From a virus: 28,449 nt of DNA. The position numbers and the translations under genes were made by a program. The DNA is taken from the IMG/VR virus record IMGVR_UViG_3300017782_000149, positions 1 to 28,449 of that record; one strand, 5' to 3'. The notes beneath the pieces are model-generated. The model ran no database searches, was not told the origin of the DNA, and saw only the letters and a program-made list of their open reading frames with translations. Within the stretch, counting starts at the first letter, position 1. Every line of letters begins with the position of its first letter. This document shows, piece after piece, positions 9,541-15,440 of this stretch.

Positions 9541-9782
9541 TGGGTAAGCTAGACCGCGCATTAGACAAAATTACTGTACGGCTACTTGACTCTTTGCGTG
9601 AAGGCGAAGATTATTTTCTGACTGACACGTTTACGCTGTACAAATACGGGGACGGCAGCGGGATTATTGTTGTTGCTTTAGATACGGACGATGACTACGT
9701 AGAAATTTTGCAAGTATTGTACGACGATCGCAGCATTGACTATGAAGTTCTTGACAACTATCTGTATAACAAATACTCTTAA
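9540..9782 (+). CDS. Small acidic protein (80 aa)
   Basis: TGATG overlap with the upstream ORF. 18 D/E versus 8 K/R residues. Confidence 0.7.
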   Translation: MGKLDRALDKITVRLLDSLREGEDYFLTDTFTLYKYGDGSGIIVVALDTDDDYVEILQVLYDDRSIDYEVLDNYLYNKYS

Positions 9783-9787
9783 AACTA

Positions 9788-9850
9788 ATGGGTTTAACTG
9801 ACCGTTCTATTTTGACGTTTAACCCGCTTGAACATATGCGTTACGACTAA
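9788..9850 (+). CDS. 20-codon mini-ORF (MGLTDRSILTFNPLEHMRYD) whose TAA is the TAA of the first junction motif
   Basis: ATG 9788 is in frame to TAA 9848-9850. It fills the only gap in the array, but it is very short, so coding status is uncertain. Confidence 0.25.
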   Translation: MGLTDRSILTFNPLEHMRYD

Positions 9851-9864
9851 ACAAAAGAGATATG
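9848..9864 (+). repeat. Junction motif copy 1: TAAACAAAAGAGATATG
   Basis: Stop-spacer-start motif. Its ATG is the start of 9862-10059. Confidence 0.9.
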
Positions 9865-10059
9865 ACATACGAAATTGAAACATCTGACCGTGATTCTGAT
9901 AAGGTTGCAGACATCATTGATACCTACACGTACCGAGGTGTAGAAAAAGAAGAGCAAACGCGCGATGGTGTTTTGTACACCGTAAACGCGGATGATGATG
10001 AAATTCGTGACTTAGAAAATGCCTTAGATGATGCGCGTGTAGATTGGCACTACTACTAA
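9862..10059 (+). CDS. Small hyper-acidic protein (65 aa)
   Basis: 20 D/E versus 7 K/R residues in 65 aa. The start lies in junction motif copy 1 and the stop in copy 2. Confidence 0.75.
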   Translation: MTYEIETSDRDSDKVADIIDTYTYRGVEKEEQTRDGVLYTVNADDDEIRDLENALDDARVDWHYY

Positions 10060-10073
10060 ACAACAGAGATATG
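10057..10073 (+). repeat. Junction motif copy 2: TAAACAACAGAGATATG (consensus)
   Basis: Its TAA is the stop of 9862-10059. Its ATG is the start of the 44-aa ORF. Confidence 0.9.
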
Positions 10074-10205
10074 AATAGTCAAGAAATAGACACTCTACAT
10101 GAGTTGCTGATGGATTTTCAGAATAATGTACTTGAAGGAGCAATGGGAAGTGCGGAAGATCGAGCTATTTCTCAGGCAATTTCTATTATAGAAGAATACC
10201 TTTAA
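10071..10205 (+). CDS. Small acidic protein (44 aa), absent from the supplied ORF track
   Basis: Hand translation gives MNSQEIDTLHELLMDFQNNVLEGAMGSAEDRAISQAISIIEEYL. It is bounded by junction motif copies 2 and 3. Confidence 0.6.
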   Translation: MNSQEIDTLHELLMDFQNNVLEGAMGSAEDRAISQAISIIEEYL

Positions 10206-10219
10206 ACAAAAAAGATATG
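10203..10219 (+). repeat. Junction motif copy 3: TAAACAAAAAAGATATG
   Basis: Its TAA is the stop of 10071-10205. Its ATG is the start of 10217-10432. Confidence 0.9.
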
Positions 10220-10432
10220 GAATTTGATGACATTATAGATGAGGTGTTAGGTGACATGAACACTAGTCAATCAGAAAACGCTGCGGTCGAGGCGGTTTTA
10301 AATGATATGTACGACCAAATTAAACGGGCATTAGAAAACCTTGCATACGATTATCCAGATGTTGATATGCCTGACGTTTATGATGTTCGTGACGAAATAC
10401 AATCTGACTACTTTGACTCATTGAACATTTAA
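10217..10432 (+). CDS. Small hyper-acidic protein (71 aa)
   Basis: 20 D/E versus 3 K/R residues in 71 aa. The start lies in junction motif copy 3. Confidence 0.75.
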   Translation: MEFDDIIDEVLGDMNTSQSENAAVEAVLNDMYDQIKRALENLAYDYPDVDMPDVYDVRDEIQSDYFDSLNI

Positions 10433-10440
10433 CTTTAGGC

Positions 10441-10457
10441 TAAACAACAGAGCTATG
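10441..10457 (+). repeat. Junction motif copy 4: TAAACAACAGAGCTATG
   Basis: Its ATG is the start of 10455-10718. Here the motif TAA lies 9 nt after the real stop at 10430-10432. Confidence 0.9.
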
Positions 10458-10718
10458 ACTGTATATGCAATAGGCGACGTTATCGAAGAATTCCTGTTGA
10501 GCGATGACTTCTACCACATACCGAATTTTGACACTTATGTAATGGATAAAGATTACATAGAATACCGTGTTGTAGATAATTCATACGATGACATTCGGCT
10601 TATGGAAGATTTTGAAAACGAGTTTAATCGAGAATTTCGAGGGGAGTGGGAGTTAAGCGTTACAGGTGATGAGCAACGTATGGTCATTGCTGCACAATCG
10701 CACATTGACCGCCGATAA
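10455..10718 (+). CDS. Small acidic protein (87 aa)
   Basis: 22 D/E versus 8 K/R residues. It is bounded by motif copies 4 and 5. Confidence 0.75.
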   Translation: MTVYAIGDVIEEFLLSDDFYHIPNFDTYVMDKDYIEYRVVDNSYDDIRLMEDFENEFNREFRGEWELSVTGDEQRMVIAAQSHIDRR

Positions 10719-10732
10719 ACAACAGAGATATG
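10716..10732 (+). repeat. Junction motif copy 5: TAAACAACAGAGATATG
   Basis: Its TAA is the stop of 10455-10718. Its ATG is the start of 10730-10936. Confidence 0.9.
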
Positions 10733-10936
10733 AGTAGAGATATTTTAGTTTATTGGTACAATGAGGATGACGTGAGGATAAGCGTTGACGAGTATGGCTA
10801 TAGCAACATTGACGTTTACACGCACAATAGCGGAACTATTGTAGTAGAAACAAGCGTCGGTATTGCAGACACTATGGATTTCTTTTTGTACTTGGAAGAC
10901 GAATTTGGCAAGGGCAACGTAGAGATTCTTTACTAA
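10730..10936 (+). CDS. Small acidic protein (68 aa)
   Basis: 14 D/E versus 3 K/R residues. It is bounded by motif copies 5 and 6. Confidence 0.75.
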   Translation: MSRDILVYWYNEDDVRISVDEYGYSNIDVYTHNSGTIVVETSVGIADTMDFFLYLEDEFGKGNVEILY

Positions 10937-10950
10937 ACAACAGAGATATG
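10934..10950 (+). repeat. Junction motif copy 6: TAAACAACAGAGATATG
   Basis: Its TAA is the stop of 10730-10936. Its ATG is the start of 10948-11190. Confidence 0.9.
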
Positions 10951-11190
10951 ACTAAAATCGAAAATTCACTGGCTGAGGCTGTAATTCAGGGTTTAGAATA
11001 TTTAATCACACATAAGGGAACGGCGTGGTTTGATGGTAGAGGCGCAGACCCTAAAAGTGTTGTTGCAGAAGTTATGGATGCAATGATGTATGGCGACATT
11101 GATTTGATTGCCGACGTAGCTAATGACAATCAATCGCTTTTTCCTGCCGACATCAGCAGGTATATAGATGAAGTATTTATGCGACTTTAA
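10948..11190 (+). CDS. Small acidic protein (80 aa)
   Basis: ORF bounded by motif copies 6 and 7. D/E-rich (for example MDAMMYGDIDLIADVANDNQ). Confidence 0.75.
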   Translation: MTKIENSLAEAVIQGLEYLITHKGTAWFDGRGADPKSVVAEVMDAMMYGDIDLIADVANDNQSLFPADISRYIDEVFMRL

Positions 11191-11204
11191 ACAACAGAGA
11201 TATG
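11188..11204 (+). repeat. Junction motif copy 7: TAAACAACAGAGATATG
   Basis: Its TAA is the stop of 10948-11190. Its ATG is the start of the 48-aa ORF. Confidence 0.9.
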
Positions 11205-11348
11205 CAGGAACTTAAACGACATTTAATGGAAGCAATTGCTCACTTGGATAGTGCAGCCCTTGAAGCAGAACGAAGCCGCGACACGTTGTTAAGTGACGCT
11301 TTACTTGAAATTATGAACGAGGTGTTTGATATTAAAGACCACTTGTAA
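11202..11348 (+). CDS. Small helical protein (48 aa), absent from the supplied ORF track
   Basis: Hand translation gives MQELKRHLMEAIAHLDSAALEAERSRDTLLSDALLEIMNEVFDIKDHL. It is bounded by motif copies 7 and 8. Confidence 0.6.
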   Translation: MQELKRHLMEAIAHLDSAALEAERSRDTLLSDALLEIMNEVFDIKDHL

Positions 11349-11360
11349 ACAACAGAGATG
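11346..11360 (+). repeat. Junction motif copy 8, 2 nt shorter: TAAACAACAGAGATG
   Basis: Its TAA is the stop of 11202-11348. Its ATG is the start of 11358-11564. Confidence 0.9.
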
Positions 11361-11564
11361 TTAGTAGAAATCGACTACAAGACGATCCAACAACTGCAAG
11401 ACCTTTTCGGTAGAGAGGGTTTGCGCGATGTGGTAGAATACATTGAGAAAACGAATGACCGCATGTTTAACATCGTTAAGATTGACGAATCGTCGCGTTA
11501 CCCTACAGTCGATGATTTCTTTGATGTGCTTGATGACTATAACATTGACTACCGTATTGTATGA
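11358..11564 (+). CDS. Small acidic protein (68 aa), last gene of the array
   Basis: 16 D/E versus 8 K/R residues. Its stop overlaps the protease start (ATGA). Confidence 0.75.
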   Translation: MLVEIDYKTIQQLQDLFGREGLRDVVEYIEKTNDRMFNIVKIDESSRYPTVDDFFDVLDDYNIDYRIV

Positions 11565-12586
11565 GTAAATTAATCGAATTACTTATTGACGAAAACGAAG
11601 ATGCATGGGGCGTAGAGGCAATTAGCCTTGTAAAGTTCCCTGCTATCGAAGAGAATTTTGTGTTCTTTAGCAAGCAAGGCAACACACGCGGAGTAAGCCT
11701 TGCAGCGGTAGATGAAGAGCAGCAGGTATTAGTAGGCGCTGCCCTAATCCCTGATAAAAACATTCCGCGTTACGACGAAGCAACGGACGAGGAATACGAG
11801 GTATTTTTTAGCAAGGAAACAGTGAAGCTTGCATCGGAACTGTACATTAAGCAAAACCGCACTAATGATCACACACGCGAACATCAAGAATCTATTGATG
11901 AGGTCAGCGTTGTAGAAAGTTGGATTGTGGAAGACCCTGATGTAGACAAAAGTAAATTGTACGGTTTAAATATGCCGCAGGGTACGTGGATGGTAAAGGT
12001 TCACGTAGCAAACAATGAGGTATGGCAAGAAGTAAAGGCGGGAAAGCTGCGCGGCTTTAGCATTGAGGGTTATTTTGCAGATAAGTTAGTCAGCAACAAA
12101 AAAGAAGCTGTAGAAACAGAAGAAACGGAAATGAAAGAACCGTGTTGGGCTGACTATGAGCAAATCGGCACAAAGATTAAGGACGGCAAAGAAGTACCGA
12201 ACTGCGTACCTATGAAACAAAGCAAGATGCAGAAGACCTTAAAAAAATTGTGGTTTGCCATTCGTCGTAAGTTTTACAACGAAGTAAGCCTACAAGACGG
12301 AACAGTCATTGCAACAGAAGACGATACGTTGACTGCAGGATCAGCCGTATTTAAGATTGACGAAGAAGGCATGCCTGCAGACATGGACAACGGTAAATAC
12401 ACTACAGAGGCGGGCGTAGAAATGGAAGTGTTTGAAGGCGTACTGACTGAGTACGACGGTGAAGTCAAAGCTGTAGAGGAGAAAGAAGAAGAAGTTGAGA
12501 TGCATAACGAAGTGCAGCATTTAAACGCTATGAAAGTTCGGTACTACAAAGCACTGTTAACTAAACGATACTACGACCGTTACTAA
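11561..12586 (+). CDS. Prohead protease, XkdF-like (Peptidase_S78_2-type) with a C-terminal extension
   Basis: The N-terminus GVEAISLVKFPAIEENFVFF is typical of XkdF-like phage proteases. A PCWADYEQIGTKIKDGKEVPNCVP motif is present. The gene lies upstream of scaffold and capsid genes. Confidence 0.65.
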   Translation: MSKLIELLIDENEDAWGVEAISLVKFPAIEENFVFFSKQGNTRGVSLAAVDEEQQVLVGAALIPDKNIPRYDEATDEEYEVFFSKETVKLASELYIKQNRTNDHTREHQESIDEVSVVESWIVEDPDVDKSKLYGLNMPQGTWMVKVHVANNEVWQEVKAGKLRGFSIEGYFADKLVSNKKEAVETEETEMKEPCWADYEQIGTKIKDGKEVPNCVPMKQSKMQKTLKKLWFAIRRKFYNEVSLQDGTVIATEDDTLTAGSAVFKIDEEGMPADMDNGKYTTEAGVEMEVFEGVLTEYDGEVKAVEEKEEEVEMHNEVQHLNAMKVRYYKALLTKRYYDRY

Positions 12587-12849
12587 TGAATCCACTAATT
12601 GACCGTATATGGAGTACATGGACGAACAGCGCGCAAGAGGAATTGCTTGCTATGATTGCAGAGTTTCGTATGGACTACATATTAGATGAAACCTTTAATC
12701 ACGCCTTGGATATTGTTGAGGAGGCTATTCTACAAGAAAATTACGACCGTGCAAAAGTAATCTTTACTGAAATGTCGCCTGCCGTATTTACGCGGTTAGA
12801 TTTTGAACTGTTTGTTGAATTACTTGACGAAGCGGTTTACGAATACTAG
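12586..12849 (+). CDS. Hypothetical protein (87 aa)
   Basis: TAATG overlap with the protease gene. Acidic and apparently helical. Confidence 0.65.
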   Translation: MNPLIDRIWSTWTNSAQEELLAMIAEFRMDYILDETFNHALDIVEEAILQENYDRAKVIFTEMSPAVFTRLDFELFVELLDEAVYEY

Positions 12850-12875
12850 GTAAAAGCACACATAAATAAATAAAT

Positions 12876-13421
12876 ATGGATATTAAAAAATTCATGGAAG
12901 AAGAAGAAAAAGAGGACTACATGGTAGAAGAGGAAGAAACCATGCAGCAAGAAGAAGAAGTGACTGAGAGTCCTGACAGTCACGAACAATTTGTAAACCT
13001 TTTGGTAGATATGGGACTGTCTGCCGAACAAGCCGAAGCTGTGCATGAGATGGCAATGGAGTTAGCTGATGCAGGCAACGGTGAAACACAAACACAAGAA
13101 GAAGTGAAAGAAGACAAAAAAGTCGAAACGTCACGACAACGCCGACCTCGACGAGCTATGCGCCGACGTGGTGATTTTAAGCGCAGCGAACGCAGCGAAC
13201 GTCGTGAAATGTCAAGCGAGCAAAAAATGGAACGTCGCTTGCAGCGTTTAGAACGTCAAAATCGTTCTCTACGTAATCAATTGCGTGAATTTGGGGCTGC
13301 ACCTGCTGCACGACCATTGCGAAACGCACCAACAGTAACACAAGAAAATGCTCCTGGGTTTAAGGCTTTGCCTAAATCAACACAGGCAGCTATGGACTTG
13401 ATTAATCAGTATCAGAAATAA
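12876..13421 (+). CDS. Scaffolding-like protein
   Basis: 181 aa, highly charged. The N-terminus is E-rich and the middle is R-rich (RQRRPRRAMRRRGDFKRSERSERRE), with a coiled-coil-like LQRLERQNRSLRNQLRE. It lies immediately upstream of the capsid gene. Confidence 0.6.
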   Translation: MDIKKFMEEEEKEDYMVEEEETMQQEEEVTESPDSHEQFVNLLVDMGLSAEQAEAVHEMAMELADAGNGETQTQEEVKEDKKVETSRQRRPRRAMRRRGDFKRSERSERREMSSEQKMERRLQRLERQNRSLRNQLREFGAAPAARPLRNAPTVTQENAPGFKALPKSTQAAMDLINQYQK

Positions 13422-14476
13422 TGAGTAAATATTTATCACGATCTCGACGTCGAGCGTTTGCAGCACCCCTTGTATCGCCCGATACTACCTATGCCGGAGA
13501 ACGTGCAGCACCTTATGTTGCACCTGCATTGAAATTAGCAAAAACGCTAACGGAAGGTTGGGTACGTCAGGTTGACGGCATACAAAACAAAGCAGTAATT
13601 TCTAGCTTGTCATCTACAGGCGTAGTTAAAAACGCTGCATGCGACTATACGTCAACTGATAGCTTGACACTTGGTGAGCGCGTACTTACACTGTCAGATT
13701 TGACGGTTATGGAATCGCTATGCCGTGGAACATTGTTGCCTACATGGGCAGGGATGACGGGCGCACGTCAAGATATGTCTGCAGGTAACCCTGAGTTTGT
13801 ACAATTTTCATTGGCTACAATTGCAGGATACGCTGCACAAGACGTAGAGAACGGAATTTGGAAAGGCATGGACTTGACAACTGACGTTACAGGCTTCCTG
13901 TCTGACGATGCTACGTTTGACAACACAGGATACCGTGCATCTATTTTGGCTGCAGGCGGTACAACTGGATCACCTGTGGCTGCTGAGAAGATTATCTCAT
14001 CAGGCGGTTTCAGCGCAACAAATAGCCAAATTTTGGGTACTACAGGTTGTTTTCACGAAGCATACAACCAAGCGTTGACATCATGTCCTGCAATCTTGAA
14101 TCGACCTGACATTGCGTTCTACGTGTCGCCAAAAACAGCAGGTAATTTCATGCAGGCGTTGGGTCAGTCAGGCAGCAATCAGGGTGTTAATACACAAGGT
14201 GTAAATCAAGCGTTTGCTTCAATTCAATACTTGGGTATTCCAATTCACGTATGCCCCGGTATGTTTAATGATGCAATCATTTTGACGTACGAAGATAACT
14301 TGGTAGTTGGTTCTAACTTGAACACTGATTACACAAATGCTGCGTACATTGATGCTTGGAAATACGACGGTTCAGACAACGTAAAAATTACTATGAAGTT
14401 TGGACTGGGCATGCAGGTAGGCATTCCCGGCGATTGCGTTGTAGGTGCATTGACTGGTGTAATTACTGACCAATAA
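13421..14476 (+). CDS. Major capsid protein (HK97-fold expected)
   Basis: 351 aa, following protease and scaffold with a TAATG overlap. Size and position are typical of a major capsid protein. No close motif was verified. Confidence 0.7.
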   Translation: MSKYLSRSRRRAFAAPLVSPDTTYAGERAAPYVAPALKLAKTLTEGWVRQVDGIQNKAVISSLSSTGVVKNAACDYTSTDSLTLGERVLTLSDLTVMESLCRGTLLPTWAGMTGARQDMSAGNPEFVQFSLATIAGYAAQDVENGIWKGMDLTTDVTGFLSDDATFDNTGYRASILAAGGTTGSPVAAEKIISSGGFSATNSQILGTTGCFHEAYNQALTSCPAILNRPDIAFYVSPKTAGNFMQALGQSGSNQGVNTQGVNQAFASIQYLGIPIHVCPGMFNDAIILTYEDNLVVGSNLNTDYTNAAYIDAWKYDGSDNVKITMKFGLGMQVGIPGDCVVGALTGVITDQ

Positions 14477-14485
14477 TAGTGTAAC

Positions 14486-15010
14486 ATGGCATGTGATCTT
14501 TCAAGCGGACGGGTAGTTGACTGTAAAGATTCAGTTGGCGGCATTAAAACGGTATACATTGGTAACTATGCAGACATGCCTTCCGGGGCAGATTGGGCTG
14601 CAGCTTCCAATGACACAGTAACGGCTATTACGGCTCAAACCTTTTACCAATTTGATGTGCGACCTGAAACTAGCAGTTTGACCGTAAGCTTTCAATCTGA
14701 TCCTGCCGCAGGCACTACGTTTTTTGAGCAATCACTTAGCGTTACATTTCAAAAGCTAGATGCTACTGATATTGAAGACATTCGCGTTCTGTGTCAAGGA
14801 CGACCCAATATTTGGGTACTTGACAACAACGATAATGTTTTTTTGTTGGGAGCAGTGCATGGATGTAATGTGCAAGGCGGCAGTTTGGTATCGGGTCAAG
14901 GGTTTGGCGATTTGTCGGGTTACACAATTGACTTTGTAGGGCGTGAGGCTAACCCTGTATTCTACGCGGCTGCGCCGTTGTCAGGGGTAACTAACATCAC
15001 AATCCCTTAA
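14486..15010 (+). CDS. Putative major tail (tube) protein
   Basis: 174 aa. The pattern CKDSVGGIKTVYIGNY ... FFEQSLSVTFQKLD ... IWVLDNNDNVFLLGAVHG ... GYTIDFVGRE recalls siphovirus tail tube families of Bacteroidota phages (from memory). It is followed by a strong terminator, as expected for an abundant late product. Confidence 0.45.
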   Translation: MACDLSSGRVVDCKDSVGGIKTVYIGNYADMPSGADWAAASNDTVTAITAQTFYQFDVRPETSSLTVSFQSDPAAGTTFFEQSLSVTFQKLDATDIEDIRVLCQGRPNIWVLDNNDNVFLLGAVHGCNVQGGSLVSGQGFGDLSGYTIDFVGREANPVFYAAAPLSGVTNITIP

Positions 15011-15030
15011 TAATATATGGTTAGAATAGA

Positions 15031-15061
15031 AAGGGGCAGGTCAAATGGCTTGCCCCTTTTT
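15031..15061 (+). terminator. Rho-independent terminator
   Basis: GGGGCAGG (15033-15040) pairs with CTTGCCCC (15049-15056) with one G-U pair. The loop is 8 nt and the tail is T5 (15057-15061). Confidence 0.75.
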
Positions 15062-15074
15062 ACTATAAAAGCAC

Positions 15075-15440
15075 ATGGTACAACTCTTTAAGCAAGGCAC
15101 ACCGCAATACGCGCGGATCAAGTTAGACGGTTACACAGGAACGGGTTACATCTTTGTTACGCTAGAAAATGTTTTGACGGGATACCAAAAAACTGTAACG
15201 CTTAACAATCAGACAACTAATGAGCGCTATACGCAGGTAACAATTCCTATGCAAACGTGGTACAATGATGCTGATTTACACGAAGGTTTTTATACCTTAA
15301 AGCTGACTGACGGAGCTACAAAAACATACGCGGATCGTTTAGCGTTTGTACGTGCTTCATCTAGTTCTAGCTTTACTGAGAGTACGTACACAGCGTACGA
15401 CGACACTGACAATCAAGTTTACGAAGTATACGAGAAGTGA
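15075..15440 (+). CDS. Hypothetical small beta-rich virion protein (121 aa)
   Basis: First ORF after the terminator. Its stop overlaps the portal GTG (GTGA). Confidence 0.65.
   Translation: MVQLFKQGTPQYARIKLDGYTGTGYIFVTLENVLTGYQKTVTLNNQTTNERYTQVTIPMQTWYNDADLHEGFYTLKLTDGATKTYADRLAFVRASSSSSFTESTYTAYDDTDNQVYEVYEK

Noticed and set aside
9783-9861. An imperfect inverted repeat, GGGTT...AACCC, lies in the gap before the first junction motif and could be a terminator or regulatory hairpin.
   Set aside because: Only 5 bp pair, the loop is long and there is no T-tract. It is too weak to call.
9848-11360. Regularly spaced short repeats could superficially suggest a CRISPR array.
   Set aside because: The repeats are only 15-17 nt and contain a stop and a start codon. 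The 130-275 nt 'spacers' vary in length and are intact protein-coding ORFs. No cas genes or leader are present.
12846-13046. A minus-strand ORF has poly-Phe stretches.
   Set aside because: It is the reverse complement of the GAA/GAG-rich (Glu-rich) 5' end of the scaffold gene, so it is a low-complexity artefact.
13183-13200. A tandem 9-nt duplication, GCAGCGAAC x2, occurs in the scaffold gene (RSERSER).
   Set aside because: It is a short in-frame repeat within a low-complexity charged region, so it is unlikely to be a distinct functional element.
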